DNA of 64,000 bases. Source: an uncultured Gammaproteobacteria bacterium. Its GTDB lineage: Bacteria > Patescibacteriota > Microgenomatia > Levybacterales > UBA12049. The stretch's first letter is position 1, and every line of letters begins with the position of its first letter. Position numbers and translations under genes: made by a program. Location: assembly GCA_964571255.1 (NCBI GenBank), contig CAZNAA010000001.1, positions 423,674 through 487,673 on the forward strand. The letters run 5' to 3'. The notes below the pieces were generated by a model. It saw nothing but the letters and a program-made list of their open reading frames with translations, ran no database searches and had not been told where the DNA came from. Positions 9,959-18,221 of this stretch are shown here, piece after piece.

Positions 9959-10541
9959 CGCATTAGAACATGTCTATAATTTGCTCGATGAAAAGACGTC
10001 TGAAAAGTTAATAAAACAATGTCGAACTGCTATAAAAAATGGCAATGCGATTATTGCTAGTGGACTGGGGAAAAATGTACCGATTTGTGAAAAATTTGTT
10101 GGAACTCTTAATTCTCTAGGCATACGTGGCCATTTTCTTCATATTAACTCCGCAATTCATGGTGACTTAGGAATGATTCAACCTGGTGATATTGTTATCT
10201 TATTATCAAAAAGTGGAGAGACACAAGAAGCCTTGTACTTAAATCAATTTTTAGAGAAAAGAACAAAACATATCTGGTTATTGACCTGTTCGAAAGACTC
10301 CACTCATGCCAAGATAACTCCAAATGTTGTTGTCTTACCTATCCCTCACGAAGGTGATGTATGGGATTTGGTACCAAACAACTCAAGCATTACATTCTTA
10401 GTATATCTCCAGGCTCTTTGCATGGAACTTCTTGAAACCTTACCTGTAAAACTTGGAACTTTTAAGAAAAATCATCCAGGAGGACGAATTGGAGAAATTC
10501 TTTCAGAAAAAGAAGAAACTATTACGTCTCTTCACAAATAG
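9930..10541 (+). CDS. SIS-domain sugar-phosphate isomerase (KpsF/GutQ-like, lacking CBS domains)
   Basis: It shows the motifs GLGKN, HGDLGMI, SKSGET and FKKNHPGG (HPGG), matching the SIS domain of arabinose-5-phosphate isomerases. At only 203 aa it has no CBS pair. It overlaps the upstream kinase gene by 29 nt. Confidence 0.65.
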   Translation: MKTHFRKQIDALEHVYNLLDEKTSEKLIKQCRTAIKNGNAIIASGLGKNVPICEKFVGTLNSLGIRGHFLHINSAIHGDLGMIQPGDIVILLSKSGETQEALYLNQFLEKRTKHIWLLTCSKDSTHAKITPNVVVLPIPHEGDVWDLVPNNSSITFLVYLQALCMELLETLPVKLGTFKKNHPGGRIGEILSEKEETITSLHK

Positions 10542-10608
10542 AAGAGTAGATATGATAAGATTATTTTTGATGCTCCTAATGGAGAGAGAAAGATAAGTAA
10601 TTAAGGAT

Positions 10609-11181
10609 ATGACAGCAGACCATACGTGTAACTATTGCCACCAACCTCTTGATCCAAATCAAGAAACCTGTTGCCGCGAACAGGCAGAAAAACAACTTCT
10701 GGATATTCTTCAAGTAACCCTTAAAAAGCCAACAGAGGAATTTTTACAACGACTTAAAACAATTTTTTCCACCAAATCAGAACAAGTACTCCAAGAGCAT
10801 CAACCTGAAGCATTCTCTCTTTCAGAAATAATTGATAAATTCCTCATCATTGCCTTAAAAAATCAGTATCTCGATGGTGATAGACTTGTTCAGAATAAAA
10901 ATGACTATCAAAACGTTGAAGATGTCATTAGAAATAAGTTTACTTCCTATGAAATTAATGATCTCCCCTTATTCCTATCACTGTGTAGTGACTTATGGGT
11001 AGTAAACGCTGAGATTTTTTGTATTAATGATATTTGTACAAGTAATCAGGATGATAAAATTGTAGCTGCTGCCGCACGAAGAATGTTTGATATGATTAAA
11101 GAAAGAAATCGAATCAAACATGCAATTGCTAAAGAATTAAAAGAAATGATGTTTGAGACAAAACAGTTCCAGAAAGCCTAG
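10609..11181 (+). CDS. Hypothetical protein with an N-terminal Cys cluster (CNYCHQ...ETCC)
   Basis: 190-aa ORF with no recognisable family. It is convergent with copZ. Confidence 0.3.
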   Translation: MTADHTCNYCHQPLDPNQETCCREQAEKQLLDILQVTLKKPTEEFLQRLKTIFSTKSEQVLQEHQPEAFSLSEIIDKFLIIALKNQYLDGDRLVQNKNDYQNVEDVIRNKFTSYEINDLPLFLSLCSDLWVVNAEIFCINDICTSNQDDKIVAAAARRMFDMIKERNRIKHAIAKELKEMMFETKQFQKA

Positions 11182-11193
11182 TTAACAACTATT

Positions 11194-11409
11194 TTATTGC
11201 TTAATTCTTGCAAGATACCCTGTCTTTTTAATTATTCCAACTATCTGTTCTAAATTAATTTTCTTTTCGTCAAATTCAACATCTGTCTCTTGTTTGGCAT
11301 AATTAGTATTTGATTCGATAACCCCCTCTGTATCTTCAAGTTCGCCATCAATATTCATGGCACAATTTGTGCAGTGCATTCCCTCAATTTTCAACGTTAC
11401 TTTCTTCAT
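11194..11409 (-). CDS. copZ: Copper chaperone CopZ (HMA domain)
   Basis: The 71-aa product carries the GMHCTNCA (M-x-C-x-x-C) motif in a ferredoxin-like HMA fold. Confidence 0.8.
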   Translation of the reverse strand: MKKVTLKIEGMHCTNCAMNIDGELEDTEGVIESNTNYAKQETDVEFDEKKINLEQIVGIIKKTGYLARIKQ

Positions 11410-12545
11410 ATTACATTTATCATCCCTCGATACATTCCCATGCTACACATAAAGGGGATTTGTGTTGGTTTATCAGGCATCTTGAGTGTAACGGTTTCTG
11501 TCTCTCCTTCTTGAACAACTTTTTGATAATTAAAAGCTGGAATAGTAAATGCGGAGGCACACGTGTACACCCCATCATTTCTTATCTCAAATGATACATT
11601 TGTTCCAACTTTTACGGTCACTATGTTTGGACTGTAACCACCTTCTAGTATATTAATCACAACATTCTCTTGAGGGGCACTATTTTTAGATTTGTTTTCT
11701 AAATTAGAATTTTGGCCAGATAGAGTATCAATTGTCCATAAACTTCCACTCAATGCAAGTACGTTGTTTAAATTAAATACGGCAAGAATAATAATGGCAA
11801 ATGCTGCTACCTTCATAAATTTTTGACGCAACGATTCACCCAATCTACTTGTAAAGTATCCAAGAATAAAAAACAATGGAGAAGTTCCAAGCACAAAAGC
11901 AAATAAGATTGCAGATCCCAAAAATGGATTTGCTGAACCTATGGCAAGAGCCATCATTGCCTGGGTAACACCACATGGAATAAACACCGTGAATGCACCA
12001 AGTAATGCTGGTGCGAATAAACTTTTACTTTTTGATTGATTTCTCACAATACGTGTTAGTGATTTTGGTGGTTGAATGATAAAGTATCTAAAAATTGGGT
12101 GAATATTAAGAATACTCAATGCTGTCCCTACCATAAAGATAACTACGACTAATTGCATCACAATTTGTGTGCGTAGTGATAATTGAAAAAGGGAGCCAAA
12201 AAAACCAAGAAGAAAACCAAGAATAGTATAGGCAATTAGTTTTGAAATAAGAAACGATAAAATTGGAAGCACATTGCCAGATTGGTTTGTTTTCTCCTTT
12301 AATGTATCTTCTTGTCGTTGGGCTAAAGTTGCGGCAAGTAATCCTCCTTGGATTGCTAAACAACTTAAGCCCCCAGTCAAAAGACCAGTTATAAAAACCG
12401 CCCACAAGTTAATATGTTGATCTGTAACACTTGAAACATTTGGATTCTCGAGTGAGTAAATTTTTAGCAAAAGAAAACCAATAAGAATAATAGCACCAAG
12501 ACACGCAGAAATCAATAATGTTTGTTTTTTAATCCTAATCTCCAT
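11406..12545 (-). CDS. Polytopic permease (DsbD_2/CcdA-like topology) fused to a C-terminal cupredoxin-like metal-binding domain
   Basis: The ~280-aa N-terminus has 7-8 TM segments with Cys-containing TMs (GGLSCLAIQGG and FIPCGVTQA). The C-terminal ~100 aa (EGGYSPNIVTVKVGTNVSFEIRNDG...CASAF...FMCSMGMYRGMINV) is paralogous to ORF 14822-15187. It overlaps copZ by 4 nt. Confidence 0.5.
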   Translation of the reverse strand: MEIRIKKQTLLISACLGAIILIGFLLLKIYSLENPNVSSVTDQHINLWAVFITGLLTGGLSCLAIQGGLLAATLAQRQEDTLKEKTNQSGNVLPILSFLISKLIAYTILGFLLGFFGSLFQLSLRTQIVMQLVVVIFMVGTALSILNIHPIFRYFIIQPPKSLTRIVRNQSKSKSLFAPALLGAFTVFIPCGVTQAMMALAIGSANPFLGSAILFAFVLGTSPLFFILGYFTSRLGESLRQKFMKVAAFAIIILAVFNLNNVLALSGSLWTIDTLSGQNSNLENKSKNSAPQENVVINILEGGYSPNIVTVKVGTNVSFEIRNDGVYTCASAFTIPAFNYQKVVQEGETETVTLKMPDKPTQIPFMCSMGMYRGMINVI

Positions 12546-12594
12546 ATTCTTTTTTCTTTAATACTCCTTATTAATTAAGTTCTTTGAACCATAT

Positions 12595-14832
12595 TCATTC
12601 TATTCTAACTCTTTTTAGTAAGAGTGAGTTAGAGACTACTGAGATTGACGATAGTGTCATAGCAACTGATGCAAAAATTGGGTTTAACAACAAACCAATG
12701 AATGGATAAAGGATACCCGTAGCTACTGGGATAAGTATTACATTATATCCAAATGCCCAGAATAAATTCATCCGTATTGTTCTCATAGTTTTTTGGGATA
12801 AATCAATTGCAGAAGAGACAGCTTGCAAATCTTTATTCACAAGAATGATGTCTGCTGCTTCGATTGCAACATCTGTTCCCGAACCCATCGCAATTCCAAC
12901 GTCTGCTGCTGCAAGTGCAGGGGCATCATTTATTCCATCGCCAACCATTGCTACAACTTTTCCTTCAGATTTAATCTTTTGTATTTCTATTTCTTTTTCG
13001 TGTGGTAAAACTTCTGCAAGAACTTGTTTTATACCTAGTTTTTGAGCAATTGAGTTTGCAGTTCTTTGATTGTCGCCAGTAATCATCACTACTTCAATAC
13101 CTTTCTTTTGTAACGCATGTACGCCTTCTTTGGCAGATGGTTTTATCGTATCTGCAACAGCAATAAATCCAGCAAGCGTCCCATCAACAGCAAGCATCAT
13201 AACTGTTTTACCTTCACTTTCTAATTTTTCTAACTGAGCTGAAACATTGCTGAAAGAAATCTTTTCTTTCTCTATGTGCTTTCTATTTCCTAGAAGAACT
13301 TTTTTACTCCCTATCATTCCGACAACTCCATGTCCTGCAATAGCTTGAAAGTTGGAGACAGAATCAAGTGTGATTTTCTCATCATCTGCTTTCTTCACGA
13401 TGGATTCTGCTAATGAGTGTTCTGATCCCTTTTCTACAGATGCAGCAAGTCTTAATACCTCGTCTTTCTTATAGTCATTTAGAGAGATAATATCTATTAT
13501 TTCAGGTTTTCCATTAGTTAATGTTCCCGTCTTATCAAAAACTATCGTTTTTATCTTATTTGCTAACTCCAGACTCTGTGCATCCTTAATTAAGATCCCC
13601 TTTTCAGCACCTAAACCTGTTCCCACCATAATTGCAGTAGGTGTTGCAAGTCCCATTGCACAAGGACAAGCAATGATGAGAACTCCAACAGTATTTAGCA
13701 TGGCATACAAAAACGCAGGACTTGCACCGAAAACATACCAAATACCAAACGTTGCAAAAGCAAGCATAATAACAACGGGAACAAAGTAAGAAGAAACTGC
13801 ATCAGCAAGTCGTTGAATCGGTGCCTTACTGCCCTGAGCATCTTGCACGAGTTTGATTATTTGAGCAAGCATTGTCTCAGAGCCAACCCTCATTGCTTTA
13901 TAAGTAAAAGTACCAGCTTTGTTCATCGTAGAACCAATAACCATGTCACCTTTTGCCTTTTCAACTGGGATACTTTCCCCACTAATCATAGACTCATCAA
14001 GTGCTGATTCTCCATTTATTATTTGCCCATCAACTGGTATTTTTTCACCTGGTCTTACTCGAATAATATCTCCTACTTTTACTTGCTCAATTGGAATATC
14101 AAATTCTTTTCCGTCTCTTACAACTCGAGCTGTTTTTGCTTGGAGTTCAACAAGTTTTTTAATTGCCCCAGAAGTTCCTGCTTTCGCTTTTGCTTCAAAA
14201 TATCTCCCAAGTAAAATTAACCCAATAACAATTGTTGCCACGTCAAAATAGGGCATTATTTCAACACCTAATCCCATAAAAACTGTAGGAAAAACAGTAA
14301 CAAAAGCAGAGTAAAAAAAGGCAACAGTTGTTCCTAAAGCAACAAGAGTATCCATATTGGAAGTTCTCTGTTTAAGAGCTGCAATAGCAGTTTTATAAAA
14401 CTCAGAACCTGCCCAAAATTGAACAGGTGTGGCTAAAAATAGTTGTATCCAAAAATTCTGTAAAAATGTTGGAGCAGTAGTCATTACTCCAGGAAAACTT
14501 CCCCAAAGAATTAACCCACCAAGGACTAAGCTAGTAATAACTTTGTTGCGTAGTACTTGGAGCTCTTTTTTCTTCTCTCCTTCTGCGACTTCTTCACTCT
14601 TTTCTTCAAGTTCAAGTGTATAACCCGTCTTGGCAACAGAATCAGCTAATTGCTCTTGTGTACAAGTATCCGTATCAAAGGTAACAGTTGCTTTCTCAGT
14701 TGCAAGATTGACAACAGCGTCTTTAACACCTAATACTTTTTTTAACGCCCGCTCAGTTACTCTTACACAAGACGCACAGTGCATGCCAGTAAGTCGAAAT
14801 GATTGTTTTACCTCAGTCATATTATTCAACAA
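12595..14832 (-). CDS. copA: Copper-translocating P1B-type ATPase
   Basis: N-terminal HMA motif (GMHCASCV), CPC metal site in the TM region ([13 protein letters not shown]), phosphorylation site DKTGTLT and hinge [10 protein letters not shown]. Length 745 aa. Confidence 0.9.
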   Translation of the reverse strand: MLNNMTEVKQSFRLTGMHCASCVRVTERALKKVLGVKDAVVNLATEKATVTFDTDTCTQEQLADSVAKTGYTLELEEKSEEVAEGEKKKELQVLRNKVITSLVLGGLILWGSFPGVMTTAPTFLQNFWIQLFLATPVQFWAGSEFYKTAIAALKQRTSNMDTLVALGTTVAFFYSAFVTVFPTVFMGLGVEIMPYFDVATIVIGLILLGRYFEAKAKAGTSGAIKKLVELQAKTARVVRDGKEFDIPIEQVKVGDIIRVRPGEKIPVDGQIINGESALDESMISGESIPVEKAKGDMVIGSTMNKAGTFTYKAMRVGSETMLAQIIKLVQDAQGSKAPIQRLADAVSSYFVPVVIMLAFATFGIWYVFGASPAFLYAMLNTVGVLIIACPCAMGLATPTAIMVGTGLGAEKGILIKDAQSLELANKIKTIVFDKTGTLTNGKPEIIDIISLNDYKKDEVLRLAASVEKGSEHSLAESIVKKADDEKITLDSVSNFQAIAGHGVVGMIGSKKVLLGNRKHIEKEKISFSNVSAQLEKLESEGKTVMMLAVDGTLAGFIAVADTIKPSAKEGVHALQKKGIEVVMITGDNQRTANSIAQKLGIKQVLAEVLPHEKEIEIQKIKSEGKVVAMVGDGINDAPALAAADVGIAMGSGTDVAIEAADIILVNKDLQAVSSAIDLSQKTMRTIRMNLFWAFGYNVILIPVATGILYPFIGLLLNPIFASVAMTLSSISVVSNSLLLKRVRIE

Positions 14833-15187
14833 TTATTTTTCCATGAAACATATTCATTCCACAGGACATTTCATATGTTCCGTTCTTCTTGGGTGTAATT
14901 TGAATAGATGTGGTTTTATTCAGAGGTAAATGTCTTCTAATCTTAAACTCAGGAAGGACAACTTCTTCCAAACAAGAGCTTTGGTCATGGCGTATGAAAT
15001 TTATTGTTGTAGTTTTACCTTTTGGGATAGAAATGACGTTGGGAGAATATCCACCTTCCACAGTAATATCTACACTGTTGGCCATTACTACTACGGTTGC
15101 ATCGTCTTTCTTCATCAAGAAAAACCAGTAGGTAAATCCTATTCCTCCTATACTAAATGCTGCAACAAGTAATTCATCAATTCCCAT
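14822..15187 (-). CDS. Small membrane-anchored cupredoxin-like (Cys/Met/His) metal-binding protein
   Basis: 121-aa product with an N-terminal TM segment. The domain [29 protein letters not shown]...[17 protein letters not shown] is paralogous to the C-terminus of 11406-12545. It overlaps the copA start by 11 nt. Confidence 0.5.
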   Translation of the reverse strand: MGIDELLVAAFSIGGIGFTYWFFLMKKDDATVVVMANSVDITVEGGYSPNVISIPKGKTTTINFIRHDQSSCLEEVVLPEFKIRRHLPLNKTTSIQITPKKNGTYEMSCGMNMFHGKIIVE

Positions 15188-15236
15188 ACGTTATCACCTT
15201 AGAAGAAGTGCATTTTTTGCACCTCTCCCAAAAAGA

Positions 15237-15899
15237 TTACTGAGAATACCCCCAGTCTATATACCATTGCCTCATCTGGTCAATCTCATTTGTCTGAGCA
15301 GTTATTATGTTATCAGCAAGCTTTTCCATTTCAGATCGCTGAGTTCCTCCTTTAAGCATATTTGCCATCATTACAGCCATTTGATGATGTGGAATCATTC
15401 CCTCAATGAATGCTTTATCAAAATCCTTTGCATTTTCAAGACTTGTCATATCTGTATCATTACCCATCATCCCCATGTGCATACTATTTCCTGTTTTCAT
15501 TCCGTGCTGATTCATAATAGTACTCCCTTCAGGAACGTCTTTTCCAAACCAAGATGTATACCAATCTTTCATTTGATTAATTTCCCTCCCCTGAGAAGTA
15601 ATAATATTTTCTGCTAACAACTTTATTTCAGGTTTTTGTGCTTTAGTTTGAGCAAGTTTTGCCATAGTGATTGCATCTTCGTGATGTGGAATCATTTGTT
15701 CTATAAAATGTGCATCAATTGAATCAGAATTTCGGATATTACTTGGCTGGGTTCCATTTCTATACCCCATCATTCCCATCATCGCAAAATTATTCGAGTT
15801 AAAAATATTTATAGAGATAAACCATATAAGCAACCCTCCAATAAATATTCCTCCCACTCCATATTTCAGATTATTGTCCATATTTTCACCTCCCTTCAT
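15237..15899 (-). CDS. Membrane-anchored protein with two DUF305 (HH-motif four-helix) repeats
   Basis: An N-terminal TM segment is followed by the repeat motifs FIEQMIPHHEDAITMA and FIEGMIPHHQMAVMMA. Such domains commonly sit in copper-resistance loci. Confidence 0.6.
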   Translation of the reverse strand: MKGGENMDNNLKYGVGGIFIGGLLIWFISINIFNSNNFAMMGMMGYRNGTQPSNIRNSDSIDAHFIEQMIPHHEDAITMAKLAQTKAQKPEIKLLAENIITSQGREINQMKDWYTSWFGKDVPEGSTIMNQHGMKTGNSMHMGMMGNDTDMTSLENAKDFDKAFIEGMIPHHQMAVMMANMLKGGTQRSEMEKLADNIITAQTNEIDQMRQWYIDWGYSQ

Positions 15900-16171
15900 T
15901 ATGATTTCTTTTTAAACACTTCCATTATTTCAGCAATTGATTTATCAGCTTCACCATTCTTAATTGCATCAGCAACACACCCTTTCAGATGGTTTTCAAG
16001 AAGGAGATTTCCTGTTTCTTTCAGTCCACTCTCAATAGCCTGCATTTGATGCAATACGTCAATACAATACGCATCTGTCTCAATCATTTTAATAACTTTA
16101 TCAAGGTGTCCTCTTGCTATCTTTAGTCGGTGAGTAATTCGTTCCTGAGTATCTTTTGGTCTATATGCCAT
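15899..16171 (-). CDS. csoR: CsoR/RcnR-family copper-sensing repressor; ATG at 16171 preferred over the track's TTG at 16219
   Basis: The core ITHRLKIARGHLDKVIKMIE...YCIDVLHQ...C shows C-H-C ligand spacing. The track's codon 1 is TTG (read from the sequence). An in-frame ATG at 16169-16171 (MAYRPK...) is preceded by GGGGGA and by the operator palindrome. Confidence 0.7.
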   Translation of the reverse strand: MAYRPKDTQERITHRLKIARGHLDKVIKMIETDAYCIDVLHQMQAIESGLKETGNLLLENHLKGCVADAIKNGEADKSIAEIMEVFKKKS

Positions 16172-16193
16172 ATATCCCCCTAGTAGGGATATA
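16171..16193. promoter_or_regulatory. Putative CsoR operator: TATATCCC-N7-GGGATATA inverted repeat
   Basis: 8-bp perfect inverted repeat with a 7-nt spacer, read directly. It is a G/C-tract pseudo-palindrome like known CsoR operators and sits immediately 5' of the csoR ATG at the head of the cop operon. Confidence 0.4.
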
Positions 16194-16286
16194 CTATCCG
16201 TTAACAAGTGAGATGTCAATCTGACAACTATCTAAAGAAAACTTGAGATAATTGATGAAAAATCGGAGTTGAGGATTAATTAGAAG

Positions 16287-17420
16287 CTAATTCTTCTGTC
16301 TTAGAAAGGCGGGGATATCCCATTCATCTTCTTCTTTTTCAACAGGCTTCTCATTGCTGTTATTCTGAGGAATAGATGGTTGGGATTGTGGTTGGGACTG
16401 AGGACGTTCATCTTCATCAGATACTTCATATCGACGATTTGGCATAAAGTTACTAAGCGTTTGTTTCGTTGAGTCAAAGCCTGTTGCAACTACCGTAATT
16501 CGCATTTGATCAGTCATACTTTCATCAATTGCTGCTCCAAAAATAATGTTGGCATCTGGATCTGCAGCCGCACGAATAATCTTGGCTGCTTCATCGACCT
16601 CAGTCATGGTGAGATCAGAATCTCCTACGATATTAAAGAGAACTCCTCGTGCTCCCTCCATGGAGACTTCAAGAAGCGGGCTAGAAATTGCCATTCGTGC
16701 AGCAGCTTGGGCTCGTCCTTCTCCTTTTCCTGTTCCAATACCCATAAGAGCACTTCCTGCATTTACCATAATGGTTCGAACGTCAGCAAAGTCGATATTG
16801 ATAAGACCAGGAAGCGTAATGATTTCAGAAATTCCTTGAACTCCTTGGTTCAGTACAGAATCTGCTACTTTAAAAGCATCAACAAGTGAGAGTTTTCGAT
16901 CTACTACTTCAAGAATTCGTTGATTGGGGATAACAATAAGGGTATCTACTTTATCTCGAACACTCTCGATCCCCTCCTCTGCAGCAACCATTCTTCGAGT
17001 TCCTTCAAAAGCAAATGGTTTAGTAACAACAGCAACAGTTAAGGCTCCTACTTCTTTAGCAATCTGAGCAACGACAGGAATAGCACCTGTTCCTGTTCCT
17101 CCACCCATTCCAGCTGTAAGAAAGACCATGTCTGATCCTTCAAGCATGTGTTTAATTTTTTCTGCAGATTCCTCAGCTGCAATTCGCCCTACTTCTGGAT
17201 CTCCTCCTGAACCAAGACCGCGAGTATAATTTTCACCTATTTGGAGTTTTGTATCTGCTTTATTTCGAAGAAGGGCTTGAGCATCGGTATTTACAGCAAC
17301 AAAGTCTACACCTTGAATTGCATTACTGCTAATCATGGAGTTAACTGCATTTCCTCCGCCACCACCAATACCAAGTACTCGAATTTTGGCAAAATTAGTA
17401 GCCTGAGGCTTTATCAGCAT
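16287..17420 (-). CDS. ftsZ: Cell division GTPase FtsZ
   Basis: Tubulin signature GGGTGTG, N-terminal [15 protein letters not shown], and a conserved C-terminal DIPAFLR peptide. Confidence 0.95.
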   Translation of the reverse strand: MLIKPQATNFAKIRVLGIGGGGGNAVNSMISSNAIQGVDFVAVNTDAQALLRNKADTKLQIGENYTRGLGSGGDPEVGRIAAEESAEKIKHMLEGSDMVFLTAGMGGGTGTGAIPVVAQIAKEVGALTVAVVTKPFAFEGTRRMVAAEEGIESVRDKVDTLIVIPNQRILEVVDRKLSLVDAFKVADSVLNQGVQGISEIITLPGLINIDFADVRTIMVNAGSALMGIGTGKGEGRAQAAARMAISSPLLEVSMEGARGVLFNIVGDSDLTMTEVDEAAKIIRAAADPDANIIFGAAIDESMTDQMRITVVATGFDSTKQTLSNFMPNRRYEVSDEDERPQSQPQSQPSIPQNNSNEKPVEKEEDEWDIPAFLRQKN

Positions 17421-17576
17421 AATGGGTCAATCCTATCAGATAAAAATAGCATTTGCAAGGATATAGGATGGAATTAATGAGGAGTAATTATCTTTCGCTC
17501 TGAAAACAAATATTTTATTTTCAAGGCGAAAGAGAGAGATTGGGTTGATAGCTATGATGTTCTCTTTCGCGTCCGC

Positions 17577-17972
17577 TTAGCGGACTGACTCCACTGTGTA
17601 GTGGAGCTTATAATCCGAAGTGATATGTACCACAAGGAAAAGCTTGCCGGTGCCGTCGAGTAGGTAAATGGGATAAGAGGTGCGATGCTTATCGGGCACC
17701 GCTCCAGCATAATACCAAACACCATTCCGCCCGGCCGTGTAGTGCCGGACTTCGAGCCAGCACACGCTGCTGCGAGAGAACTGAACTAGGGTGACGTACC
17801 CCCCGAGAGGGGCTGCCTCATCTCCGAACAGTTGCTTTTCGTAGTTGTTCTGCCCTGATGGGCATGACTCGCTGAGTGCGACTGGCGTGATGGTCGGAGT
17901 GATCACCAGAATCGACAGAATCGACAGAATCACCGGTAATCGGTTAGCCTGGTTGCCATTCCGTTGCTGCAT
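17577..17972 (-). CDS. Small secreted protein (signal peptide plus ~100-aa two-Cys domain) encoded on a GC-rich insert
   Basis: 131-aa ORF with canonical SD AAGGAGG 5 nt upstream of the ATG. The N-terminus (RLPVILSILSILVITPTITPVALS-ES) is signal-peptide-like. Local G+C is much higher than the flanks. Confidence 0.45.
   Translation of the reverse strand: MQQRNGNQANRLPVILSILSILVITPTITPVALSESCPSGQNNYEKQLFGDEAAPLGGYVTLVQFSRSSVCWLEVRHYTAGRNGVWYYAGAVPDKHRTSYPIYLLDGTGKLFLVVHITSDYKLHYTVESVR
17907..17933. repeat. 9-bp tandem direct repeat (cagaatcga x2 plus cagaatcac)
   Basis: Read directly from the sequence. It encodes the ILSILSIL core of the signal peptide on the minus strand. Confidence 0.6.
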
Positions 17973-18221
17973 CTGATCCTCCTTTGAGAACTTTTTGCCA
18001 TCTGCCCCGTTTGGCAGTCAGCAAAACGGCCCCATTCTAAAGATACTATGTATCTTCACAATAGAACCGTCTTATCAACTACTACTTGGTGGCTTTTGGC
18101 CCAATCTCTCTATTAATGTGCAGATTCTATTCGTAAGTGAAACTAAATAGCCTCAAAAACAAACAAAAATCGTAAGGTGATCCTAGCACAAAAAAAGGAA
18201 ATGTCAATACTATAGGTTTAT

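Noticed and set aside
16172-16219. Longest-ORF csoR start (TTG at 16219)
   Set aside because: The first 16 codons are not conserved in CsoR. An internal ATG is preceded by a G-rich SD and an operator-like palindrome, so the shorter gene is preferred.
17907-17933. Possible CRISPR or other repeat array
   Set aside because: There are only three 9-bp units, in-frame within a coding sequence, with no spacers. No CRISPR-like repeat-spacer architecture exists anywhere in the window.
17577-17972. Lipoprotein assignment for the island ORF
   Set aside because: The sequence preceding the first Cys is A-L-S-E-S-C, which does not fit the L-[AS]-[GA]-C lipobox. A signal peptidase I-type cleavage is more likely.
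17421-18221. Mobile-element hallmarks (integrase, transposase, terminal inverted repeats, target-site duplication) around the GC-rich island
   Set aside because: No transposase or integrase ORF is present. The flanks show short inverted repeats (ctttcgc/gcgaaag; gtccgct-t-agcggac) but no convincing direct-repeat duplication. The insert is reported as a compositional island, not as a defined mobile element.
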